Shown here piece after piece: positions 1 through 7,774 of a stretch of DNA of 18,288 nt. Made by a program: the position numbers and the translations under genes. Under the pieces are notes generated by a model. It was not told the DNA's origin, made no database searches, and worked only from the letters and a program-made list of their open reading frames with translations. The stretch's first letter is position 1. Each line of letters begins with the position of its first letter. This DNA comes from Candidatus Rifleibacteriota bacterium (GTDB taxonomy: Bacteria; Muiribacteriota; Ozemobacteria; Ozemobacterales; Ozemobacteraceae), in assembly GCA_051747585.1 (NCBI GenBank), contig JBNJGH010000051.1, forward strand, positions 1 through 18,288. Direction: 5' to 3'.

Positions 1-14
1 GCTGACGAAGGGAA

Positions 15-64
15 AGCCAGGCGGTGAAACCGCCGGCGGATTGTCCAAAGGACAATCCCTGGCT
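15..64. repeat. GC-rich branched palindrome (REP-like or end of a structured RNA, truncated by the window edge)
   Basis: AGCCAG (15-20) pairs with CTGGCT (59-64). It encloses hairpins GGCGGT-GAA-ACCGCC (20-34) and GGATTGTCC-AAA-GGACAATCC (38-58). Confidence 0.55.
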
Positions 65-96
65 GAAAAAGATTGAAAAAACAACTCCGTGCCCTC

Positions 97-141
97 GGAG
101 TCCTGCGTAGCTTTATGCGAAGCAGAACGACGAAGCAACCT
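97..141 (+). repeat. REP-like arm fragment, dispersed repeat
   Basis: GGAGTCCTGCGTAGCTTTATGCGAAGCAGAACGACGAAGCAACCT matches 18159-18203 at 43 of 45 positions. Confidence 0.9.
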
Positions 142-192
142 CTAGTTCGACAAGCGAAACCCGATATCGATAGCGACCCCGAAAAACGGCCC

Positions 193-340
193 GTCATTCC
201 TGACCGGTTTTAACCGGATCAGGAATCCAGAATAATTGTCGTTTATGTTATTAGCAAATATAAACTGGGTGCTTAAAAAAGGTATTTAATCAATCTGTAT
301 TTCTGCTCTAACCCTGGATGCCTGCCTGCGCAGGCATGAC
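193..340. repeat. Paired REP-like element of the GTCATTCC...GGAATCCAG / CTGGAT...GGCATGAC type
   Basis: Left arm GTCATTCCTGACCGGTTTTAACCGGATCAGGAATCCAG (193-230) and right arm CTGGATGCCTGCCTGCGCAGGCATGAC (314-340). The arms are inverted relative to each other, each is self-palindromic, and an 83-nt AT-rich spacer separates them. Confidence 0.8.
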
Positions 341-448
341 GCGTTTTATATTGCTTTCGCCATCAATTAAACAACAAGTTTTCAGGTGGCGGAAACAAGG
401 CAGACTATACCGAAAAACGGATTTCGAAAAAATTGCAGTTTTTTGGGA

Positions 449-2218
449 TCAGGAGATTCTTATAGCATTACTCAATAAGCTTGACCGGAAAATAACTTCT
501 CTAACTTCTTTTTTAAATGAATTATGACGCTTAAACATTTCAGAATAATACTTCCTGATAATTGTATTCGCTTGTTCCTTGTTTCCCTGGCTTAGAAATG
601 ACTCCGCCATGGCACCCAGGGTTAAAGCGGCTCTGCCATAGGCTTTTCTATGTTGGTTGGAAACAATTTGCTCAACTCGTTTTTTTCCCAGAGCAACAGC
701 CCATTTAAAATATTTTTTAGCGCTGGACTCAGTATTTTTTGAGCTTTTAAGACCTTTAAGTATCTCATTATAGAAAGTTGTTTCTCCAACTTCCTGATCT
801 TCTGAAAGCAAAAATGAATAAACCGAGGATCTGGCGGCATAATTTTCTATTAATTTTTCTAAAATACTGGCGTTATCAGGACAGTCAGCTGCTATATAAA
901 GTGCTGCGCCAAACATTAAACCCGCATTAAAACCGTATGACCAGCCAACAAAGCTTTGATCTTTTGCAAGTAAAAAGGCTTCTTCAACTTTCCCGGCCAT
1001 CAGCAAAACTTTTAAATGCAGAGATTTCAAATTTCCATCTCTTTTTCGTAGACGCTTAAAATAAAATAAAAGAGTTTCTAATTCTTTATCCCTTACTTTT
1101 TGAACAACAGCCTCGTTTTGAATTTCAAGCAAATTTTTATCGCATGGGTATGAAAAAAATTTCTCTCTTTTCCCTTCTAAAGTTATTTTCTTTTTATTCA
1201 AAAGTAACCCGGCATCGATCAGCAAATCGCATGCCTTTTCTCGAACCTCTCCCGGCTCAAGGACATTGAGCGCTTCCTTGCTGATTTTAACAACCTCATC
1301 ATACCTTTCAAGCCCATTTAAACGTTCCAGCCAATACAAGTAACCATCAGGTTGCATGTTTTTCCAGTCTCTTGCAATTCTGGCGATGCCATTCAACCCC
1401 TCAAGTTTATCTACAACTTCAACTAATAATCTTGCCGGTCTGCCCTGGCATCCCTTTTTCTCAAGAAAACTCTTCCAGGCTTCACAAAAAGAATCCAGAT
1501 CGGGCATTTGGGCAACCTTAGTGTTTATAACATCACCCAATAACGGAAAATTCGGATTATCAAACTGTCTTTCATTATAGTCGCTTGTCTCATGTAACAT
1601 AAGCGATGCAATTTTTTTCAATCTGGTCTTTGGCTTTGAGGCTTCATAGACGGCACGCACATACCTGGCCCTTTCCTCGCAAATATTAAGCCCAAATCGA
1701 GAAAAATCAATCCAATGATCATAATTGTATTCATTCAATATTTTGAATACTCCAGAATAAATCTGCTCTGCCTCTTCACTTTGGTTGTTAAAAAAGTATC
1801 GTTGAGCAATTTTTAAAAAAGAAACAAGCTCTGATATTTGTCGTTCACTTAAGTAGTCTGGCGCTTGATCATCATAATAGTCATATTCTTGCCAGTCCCA
1901 GTCTTCAAGCTCGTCATATTCTCCATTTTCAATCAATCCAACCCTATCTTGAATTTCTTCAAAAAGAATCTTAATTGCCTTAAGTATTTTTTCGGTTGAA
2001 CTGGCTTGTGCAGCTATTTTTTCTGGTTTACTCAAAGATTTGGCTGCAATAGCCGACCGGAATTCTTCGAGGAAAAATTCACGCGCAACCGTAGGTTTAT
2101 TTTTTGCCAGTTCAATCAGAATCTCTACCAACTCATTTTTGCTAAAATTTTCACATGCATTTTTTATTGTTTGCAAATAAGGTTTTAGTCCAATATCTCT
2201 AACTTTCATACAAAACAT
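449..2218 (-). CDS. Hypothetical alpha-helical protein (589 aa). The C-terminus resembles the helical tail of SWIM-finger-associated proteins, but no SWIM motif is visible.
   Basis: Long ORF with upstream AGGAAG and an alternative ATG at 2209. Acidic patch YDELEDWDWQEYDYYDD. C-terminal HRKAYGRAA...RHNSFKKEV. Confidence 0.85.
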   Translation of the reverse strand: MFCMKVRDIGLKPYLQTIKNACENFSKNELVEILIELAKNKPTVAREFFLEEFRSAIAAKSLSKPEKIAAQASSTEKILKAIKILFEEIQDRVGLIENGEYDELEDWDWQEYDYYDDQAPDYLSERQISELVSFLKIAQRYFFNNQSEEAEQIYSGVFKILNEYNYDHWIDFSRFGLNICEERARYVRAVYEASKPKTRLKKIASLMLHETSDYNERQFDNPNFPLLGDVINTKVAQMPDLDSFCEAWKSFLEKKGCQGRPARLLVEVVDKLEGLNGIARIARDWKNMQPDGYLYWLERLNGLERYDEVVKISKEALNVLEPGEVREKACDLLIDAGLLLNKKKITLEGKREKFFSYPCDKNLLEIQNEAVVQKVRDKELETLLFYFKRLRKRDGNLKSLHLKVLLMAGKVEEAFLLAKDQSFVGWSYGFNAGLMFGAALYIAADCPDNASILEKLIENYAARSSVYSFLLSEDQEVGETTFYNEILKGLKSSKNTESSAKKYFKWAVALGKKRVEQIVSNQHRKAYGRAALTLGAMAESFLSQGNKEQANTIIRKYYSEMFKRHNSFKKEVREVIFRSSLLSNAIRIS

Positions 2219-2264
2219 CGACTTCCTATTGAATTTATTCTAACTTAACACTGCATCCAAAACT

Positions 2265-2273
2265 ACTATACCA
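2265..2273 (-). promoter_or_regulatory. Putative extended -10 promoter for 449..2218
   Basis: Minus strand reads TGGTATAGT (TGn-TATAGT) about 47 nt upstream of the start codon. Confidence 0.4.
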
Positions 2274-2290
2274 CACTACAAGAGGCAGCT

Positions 2291-2334
2291 TAACCCACGT
2301 TCCCAAAAATAGCGTTGCTATTTTTGGGGGGTTA
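2291..2334. repeat. Inverted repeat / hairpin
   Basis: CCCAAAAATAGC-GTT-GCTATTTTTGGG (2302-2328, 12-bp perfect stem), with outer TAACCC / GGGTTA. Confidence 0.75.
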
Positions 2335-2376
2335 CAGAAAGCTTGAAAAGAAGAAACGGAGATGATATATTTTTCA

Positions 2377-2450
2377 TGGAAAACCTTTCTTAGTGTGTTT
2401 AGTAGGCCCTTATTAACACTTACTAAAACATATTCAGAGAGGTTTTTCCA
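2377..2450 (-). promoter_or_regulatory. Long hairpin sequestering an RBS and start codon (like an IS left end)
   Basis: TGGAAAACCTTTCT (2377-2390) pairs with AGAGAGGTTTTTCCA (2436-2450), and TGTGTTTAGTAGG pairs with CTTACTAAAACATA. The minus strand reads AAGAAAGGTTTTCC-ATG. Confidence 0.55.
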
Positions 2451-2583
2451 GTTTTAAATAAAATTTTTTGGCAAAATCTCCAGTCATACAATTGCTACGC
2501 TAACGCGACTTAGGCAGCGAACACTTTGCAGCTAACTGTTCTCCTATTTTGAAGCAGCTTTGGTAACCGTATAAGTGGAGAAG

Positions 2584-2782
2584 AGGCTTTTCATAAGCGC
2601 AGGTGTCGGAGCCTTCCGATTTTCTCTGAAAGCGAGACCCTGAATTTCGAGTCGGTAAACAGGAGGTTTGCCGACCTTCAAGATCGCCATGGAAGGCGAT
2701 TCTTGAAGGTTTCTCGAATATCAGGAGTTGAGCTTGAAGCAAGAAAATCGAGAAGGCGTAGATGCGTAGCGTTGAAATGCCT
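2584..2782. repeat. About 200-nt branched imperfect palindrome (MITE/REP-like, or ncRNA)
   Basis: Arm 2584-2651 is imperfectly complementary to arm 2713-2782. Two internal hairpins lie at 2651-2675 and 2674-2710. Confidence 0.7.
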
Positions 2783-2881
2783 ATTCGCAACGACCCGTTA
2801 GAAAATAAATTTTTCAAATCACCCAAAAGGTGTTGAAAACAAGCTTCCAATAGTTCACTGAGAATTTCTGATTTTCGTATA

Positions 2882-2912
2882 AAAAAGCCCCGATTAAAAA
2901 CCGGGGCTTTTT
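2882..2912 (-). terminator. Rho-independent terminator (probably bidirectional)
   Basis: AAAAAGCCCCG-N9-CGGGGCTTTTT, 30 nt downstream of the stop of 2943..4283. Confidence 0.85.
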
Positions 2913-2942
2913 ATTTTAATAATCGTTATTTAAGCAGATTTA

Positions 2943-4283
2943 TCAGTAGCCGTTAATTTTTTCTCTGGCTTTGTAAGCTGCCGATGTGTTTGGGTATTCA
3001 TCGATTGTTTTGCGGTAATAAAAGCGGGCATTGCTGTAATCACCCATTAGTTCATGGCACTCACCGGCTCGCACCAGTGCCTGAGCAGCATTCGAGTCTG
3101 ATGGATAATTCTGCTGGTACCAGGTGAAATGATTGGCTGCTTTTCTTAGATAATTGCGGTTAGAAGCGTTTTTTCTTCCATATTCGAATTCGGTTTCAGC
3201 AAGGAGGTAAGCTGCCTGGCGATATAATCTGCTGTTGTTATTAGTTTGCAACATTTTTTCCAGCAGTCTAATTGCACGCAGATCTTTGTTCTGCTGTAGC
3301 AATGCTTTTGCTTTCCAAAATTGGGCATCATCGGCATATTCCGAATTAGGATATTTTTTTAACAGTTCATCGAAATATGTTAGAGCATTATTGCTGTTGC
3401 CGCTTACAAGCTCTGAGTGTCCGCGATTATAGAGCTCATAGTCGGAAAGAGAATAATTGTTGTTGTTACCCGGATAAGTTGGAGGTATCGGCGTAGTTGG
3501 CGGATAAGAAGGCGGAACAGGGTAATTATCGTCGTTGTTATTGTTCTGCAGATAGTTCAGGCGTTCTCGCGCTTCGCTGTAATAATTTGAATAAGGGTAA
3601 TTGTAAACAACTTTTTCGTAAGCTCTGATTGCATTATAGGTATCGTTAAGCTTTTCATAGGTGCGTCCGCTAACATACCAGGCATCATCGACCAGATCGT
3701 TAGATGGGTATCTTGTGATAAATCTCTGAAATTCATTTACTGCATTGTAGTAGTCGTTTACTTTTACCAGGCAGTACCCAACGTAATAAGCGGCTTTGTA
3801 GGCATTTGTATAAGTTGAGTATTGTTGGTCGACTTTTCTCAAGAAGGTCAAAGCGTTGTGGTAATCTTTGAGGCGAAGGTAAGCATCACCGGTAAGATAG
3901 CAAGATTCGCCGGCACGGTTGTCGTATGGATAACGATCAAGAAGTTTTCTTAAATACTGGACTGCATCGTAGTAATTACCACGCTGATAAGCCTGTTTGC
4001 CGTTCTGGTAAAGGTAGTCGGCACTTTGGTAATAGTCGTTATCTGGATACTCTGGGTTGCCTGGATTGTCAGGGTTTCCGGGCCATGATGGGGGCGTGGG
4101 CTGGCTGGGAGGAGTAGGTGGTGTTGGGGGAGTCGGCTGAGTTGGTGGTTGTCCGGGCCATGAATCAACTCTTTGATGATTGAAAATATGGTCGGCAACA
4201 ACATTGCCTGAACTCATGGCTTTTAATGAGCCTGTGGTTAAACCTAGAATTAAAATTAAAAATAAAACATTATAACGTCGCAT
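2943..4283 (-). CDS. Secreted TPR protein, BamD/CpoB(YbgF)-like repeats with Pro-rich linkers
   Basis: Signal peptide and AAGGAG RBS. Repeated TPR motifs such as AVNEFQRFITRYPSNDLVDDAWY and YFDELLKKYPNSEYADDAQFW. Two Pro/Asn-rich linkers. Confidence 0.9.
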   Translation of the reverse strand: MRRYNVLFLILILGLTTGSLKAMSSGNVVADHIFNHQRVDSWPGQPPTQPTPPTPPTPPSQPTPPSWPGNPDNPGNPEYPDNDYYQSADYLYQNGKQAYQRGNYYDAVQYLRKLLDRYPYDNRAGESCYLTGDAYLRLKDYHNALTFLRKVDQQYSTYTNAYKAAYYVGYCLVKVNDYYNAVNEFQRFITRYPSNDLVDDAWYVSGRTYEKLNDTYNAIRAYEKVVYNYPYSNYYSEARERLNYLQNNNNDDNYPVPPSYPPTTPIPPTYPGNNNNYSLSDYELYNRGHSELVSGNSNNALTYFDELLKKYPNSEYADDAQFWKAKALLQQNKDLRAIRLLEKMLQTNNNSRLYRQAAYLLAETEFEYGRKNASNRNYLRKAANHFTWYQQNYPSDSNAAQALVRAGECHELMGDYSNARFYYRKTIDEYPNTSAAYKAREKINGY

Positions 4284-4296
4284 AAGCTACTCCTTC

Positions 4297-5019
4297 TTAA
4301 ATCCCTGGATCATAAGGATTTGTATCGGAATCTCCCGGGTTTACCGGATATGAGCCATCAGATGAAAGATTAGACGGAAATTGAATTTCGATTGGAATAT
4401 GAATGTTGTAATTATCGTTGAGTGTATAGTCGTATCCTTCAAGGGTTACCCAGTATCTTACACCCTGGTGGCCGTTAAGAGCCCATTGTCTATAAGTATC
4501 CCAGGGGATGAACATGCCGTCAAAAGTATAAGGTTTTTCTTCAAACTCTTTGCCTATCATCACGGTGGTGCTGATTGTTCGCCGTTCATGCCCCTTTAAT
4601 CTGTTAGGATCAGATGTGGAGTCGTCAATGATTGCGTCTCTGATATTACCTGTCATTGCAGCGGGAACATCAAACATCCAGCCACGTATCAGTGCAGGAC
4701 TACCATTGTAGTAATTACTGGTTTTGCCGCTGTTTGAATAATCGGCAAAGGTTCGATAAGTGTACATTTTGGAAAAATTTATTTCATCGCCTCTGGTTTC
4801 ATAAACAGTTACCGAAGCATTATAAGATTGCCCGGCCTGCGAAACATAGGCTGCATTGGTTGTAAACTCGGTATGAACCGCAGGTTGGTTGTCAGGGGGC
4901 AGGGTGCCACCACCGCCGCCACCGCCTGAAGGGCAGCCGGTTAACAGTATTGCTACTGCGAAAATTGAAATCAACCCGGTTAATAGTCGACCCAATCTTT
5001 TAAACTTGTTTATTCTCAT
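4297..5019 (-). CDS. Hypothetical lipoprotein
   Basis: Start moved to ATG 5019 (MRINKF), which has AGGAG upstream. Lipobox LLTG-C followed by a poly-Gly linker. A 13-nt gap to the next gene suggests an operon. Confidence 0.85.
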   Translation of the reverse strand: MRINKFKRLGRLLTGLISIFAVAILLTGCPSGGGGGGGTLPPDNQPAVHTEFTTNAAYVSQAGQSYNASVTVYETRGDEINFSKMYTYRTFADYSNSGKTSNYYNGSPALIRGWMFDVPAAMTGNIRDAIIDDSTSDPNRLKGHERRTISTTVMIGKEFEEKPYTFDGMFIPWDTYRQWALNGHQGVRYWVTLEGYDYTLNDNYNIHIPIEIQFPSNLSSDGSYPVNPGDSDTNPYDPGI

Positions 5020-5200
5020 AGGGTAATTTCTCCTGCTAAATTCTCGGTAGAAATTAGAAAGCAAAAATCGTTCCAAATCTTAACTGGCCTTTTTAAGCTG
5101 ATTTAGGAAAAAATAAAAAAAAAAAGATGAAAAATCAGCAAAACCTGCCGAAAAAGTACCAGAGATTGAAAAAATTCAAAATTTAAAACAGGCAGAAAGT

Positions 5201-6028
5201 ATGAAAAAAATTCTGATACCAGTATTTATGGGGATACTTTGTTCCCCGGTATCTGCAACAAATCTCAAAGAGATGGTTAAGGACATGGGGTATACTGAAC
5301 CGGCCTTGTTTGAGCAGATTCCTGAACAAAAAAAGTTTGTAGCCGAAACTCCTTTTGAAAGAAAGCATCATTTACAAAATATAACAGAGAAAAAACAAGA
5401 ACTTGAACTTAACCCTGATGACTTTCTTGAACCAAGAGTGTTTACCAAATCGGAACCTGGTAAAATGATTCCTTTTTTGCTTAAATTGCACAAAAAGAAT
5501 CCTGTTTCACCCAAAATTACAAGAAAGCTTGCTGCAACCTGTTTAAAATGCGGCCAGACTCGCGAGGCTCTTTACTGGTATACTCAAACCTATCAGCGCG
5601 ATCGTTCGGATCACGAGGCCTTGTGGAATATGGCGGCTCTTTCGTATCAACTCAAAGAAGAAGAAAAAACAGCCAGATTTCTAAAAGAATACGCTCAGAT
5701 GGATCCTCATAGTTCCTGGGGGCGTCTGGCGAGAAATTTTCTTAAAGGCAGGTTCGGCGGCGAAACCATGAACGAGGAATTTGATGATCAATTTTCCCGC
5801 TATGGTGACGCTGGCAAAAGTACTGATGATAAAAAAGGTTCTAGAGTCAAAACTTCAGATAAAAGTGATAAAGAAGGAATTCTGGTTATCGAAGGTAAAA
5901 GAACCAGCTTGAGCGAGTTTTATCATGATTATCAGGAGCCTGAAGTATCTGAAGCAGTAACACTCAAAGACACTTTGAAAGGGAAGTCAGAAAAAAAATC
6001 TTTAAATGAGGCGAAGTTAAAAAAATAA
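5201..6028 (+). CDS. Secreted TPR-containing protein
   Basis: Signal peptide MKKILIPVFMGILCSPVSA. TPR-like segment LAATCLKCGQTREALYWYTQTYQRDRSDHEALWNMA. Charged C-terminal tail. Confidence 0.85.
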   Translation: MKKILIPVFMGILCSPVSATNLKEMVKDMGYTEPALFEQIPEQKKFVAETPFERKHHLQNITEKKQELELNPDDFLEPRVFTKSEPGKMIPFLLKLHKKNPVSPKITRKLAATCLKCGQTREALYWYTQTYQRDRSDHEALWNMAALSYQLKEEEKTARFLKEYAQMDPHSSWGRLARNFLKGRFGGETMNEEFDDQFSRYGDAGKSTDDKKGSRVKTSDKSDKEGILVIEGKRTSLSEFYHDYQEPEVSEAVTLKDTLKGKSEKKSLNEAKLKK

Positions 6029-6060
6029 AGTGAACGCAGAGCCTCTCTAAAGGAAAAAGC

Positions 6061-6095
6061 CAAACCGTTTCAACTTTTTAAGTTGAAACGGTTTG
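6061..6095. terminator. Perfect 16-bp inverted repeat between convergent genes, likely bidirectional terminator
   Basis: CAAACCGTTTCAACTT-TTT-AAGTTGAAACGGTTTG, 5 nt past the stop of 6101..6658. Confidence 0.75.
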
Positions 6096-6100
6096 TTGTT

Positions 6101-6658
6101 TTAGTAAAGATACAAAAGACCGCAACCAAGCTCTGGCTTTTGCCCTAAGGGTTTTAAGGTTAAAGCTTCGAGCTGATCTGGTGATTGGATTGCTAAAGTC
6201 CCTGAGAGAGTTATGGTTTGCTGCGAATAATTTTTATCATTTTCAATGTAGTAAATACAGTTGTCAGGGCCATGTTTAACTTCTCGTATCTCGGCGGCGT
6301 CTTTCAGCTGTTTCGCAAACCATGAGCAAACAGAATCGAAATTTTTGACCGGGTCGAAGTTTTTGTTTCTATTCGGGACCAGAAATATCGAAAACCTTTT
6401 GCTCTCGCCTGGAGACAATTCGCTTTTGTCTTTTTTGCCGCTTTCAAACAACTGAAATTCTTTATTTACATGCATTTTGGGCGCTGTTTTTGAATAAACC
6501 AGAACTGGCACTACGACACCGATTTTGTACCACTCGAGACGATATAGATAGTCTTTGCCGGCTTGTGTCTCTTCCGGAAAATATCCGGAAATAGCACGGT
6601 TTATATCTGGTGGATTGTATATCTTTTGTCTGTTTAACAGGAATTTACTTACATACAT
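6101..6658 (-). CDS. cas6e: Orphan Cas6e/Cse3/CasE-like RAMP protein, probably nuclease-inactive
   Basis: Collinear similarity to E. coli CasE as I recall it: MYVSK/MYLSK, YFPEETQAGKDYLYRLE/LFPNRPDAARDFLFHVE, VLVYS..P/VLLQS..P, WFAKQLKDAAEI/WLQRKLGNAARV, QTITLSGTLAIQSP/QTVCFEGVLTINDA, LGQKPELGCGLLYL/IGPAKSMGCGLLSL. Confidence 0.8.
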   Translation of the reverse strand: MYVSKFLLNRQKIYNPPDINRAISGYFPEETQAGKDYLYRLEWYKIGVVVPVLVYSKTAPKMHVNKEFQLFESGKKDKSELSPGESKRFSIFLVPNRNKNFDPVKNFDSVCSWFAKQLKDAAEIREVKHGPDNCIYYIENDKNYSQQTITLSGTLAIQSPDQLEALTLKPLGQKPELGCGLLYLY

Positions 6659-6684
6659 ATTTGTTATTAATCTTTGTTTATTAA

Positions 6685-7773
6685 TTAGATAATCGACGCA
6701 TCGGTTTCTCGTTCAACCTGAGTCTGAGAATCAAAATCCATTTTACCTTTGTCTTTGTCAGATTTTTTAGCCATTTTATTTTTAATAAATATGAAAGCCA
6801 TTACAGCTACAGGTAGTATATAGAACCACAGGAAAAAAGACCCGGTGTCGGTTATTCCGGCGGGTGTTGATTCCGGGGCCCAGCGTAAGCGATCAATATT
6901 GAAAAGTATACAGATAATCGAGGTCCAGACGAAAAAGAAATTTGGAATAGCGTCTGAAGCACTCATAAGGCCAAGACCGTCGGTTCTATCTTTGGTAAAG
7001 GGGTAAAAAAGATTGTTACCCATAAAGCCAAGCGAGTCTTCGATAATGTGAACCATAGAACCAAACAATATAATTAACGGGTATAAAAGCCAACGCGGCA
7101 AAGTATACATCTCGGGGTTCGGCCCTTCAGCTACGGTAAAGAAGGTAATAAGACCGACGATAAAAGAAATAAGAAGCCCTAGAGTAAAGCTGTGTGACCA
7201 GGTTCGGTGCCAGGGTAGAAAAACAATTTCAATTTTACCGTTATCTCTTTTTACAAACTCAAAGCAAGGTCCGGACATAATGGATATCGATGATTTTTTG
7301 TCGAATTTCTGAAAAAATTCACAATCGACTTTTACCCGTGCTTTTGCTTTTTCGGGATCCTTTAATTCAGTTCCGATAAACGGGGTTTGCCCGGTATCAA
7401 CCAGTGGGCCAATTTCGACCACAACTTCGCTGGTAGAAGAATCAAACCAGAGATCGTAGCTGCGCCATAAATTTGAGCCAAGCTGCATAGTATGAAGCTG
7501 AACCGTACCACGCCCTTCTTTGTTGGCTTTTTCAACTGCTTTGGCAACCGTGTTGGCAATCACCCGCGCATCGAGATTGTCTGGATCGGGATGCACTTCA
7601 AAGTCTGATTTATGAAAATAGCGGGCGAATTTAAAATCTAAAGTATCGGGAAGAATTCCAAAAATTCCTCCGAGACATAGAATGAATGATTGCTCTTGAG
7701 AGGCCATGTGAACGGCCTGCGGAAAGAAACTGGCAACTGCAATGCCACTTATAAAATGTGTAAAACCTTTCAT
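6685..7773 (-). CDS. Membrane-bound metal-dependent hydrolase (YdjM/DUF457-like) with a large soluble insertion
   Basis: Family motifs MKGFTH, GILPDTLD, HRTWSHS and HIIED..G...FYPF. Several transmembrane segments. Confidence 0.85.
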   Translation of the reverse strand: MKGFTHFISGIAVASFFPQAVHMASQEQSFILCLGGIFGILPDTLDFKFARYFHKSDFEVHPDPDNLDARVIANTVAKAVEKANKEGRGTVQLHTMQLGSNLWRSYDLWFDSSTSEVVVEIGPLVDTGQTPFIGTELKDPEKAKARVKVDCEFFQKFDKKSSISIMSGPCFEFVKRDNGKIEIVFLPWHRTWSHSFTLGLLISFIVGLITFFTVAEGPNPEMYTLPRWLLYPLIILFGSMVHIIEDSLGFMGNNLFYPFTKDRTDGLGLMSASDAIPNFFFVWTSIICILFNIDRLRWAPESTPAGITDTGSFFLWFYILPVAVMAFIFIKNKMAKKSDKDKGKMDFDSQTQVERETDASII

Positions 7774-7774
7774 A

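Noticed and set aside
318..527. 69-aa ORF starting MPACAGMT
   Set aside because: Its start is the translation of the REP arm at 314-340, and it overlaps the 3' end of the long minus-strand gene.
2500..2850. 116-aa minus-strand ORF
   Set aside because: TTG start with no clear RBS. It runs through the 200-nt palindrome and has no recognisable protein motif.
5020..5076. N-terminal extension of the lipoprotein ORF from a TTG start
   Set aside because: ATG 5019 has an AGGAG RBS and gives a normal-length lipoprotein signal peptide.
6029..6100. CRISPR array or mini-array next to the cas6e-like gene
   Set aside because: Only one palindrome is present, and I found no regularly spaced direct repeats with spacers anywhere in the window.
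6026..6100. Stop-codon read-through or frameshift extending the TPR gene (SERRASLKEKAK)
   Set aside because: No recoding signal is visible and the extension runs into the terminator hairpin. It cannot be supported without homologues.
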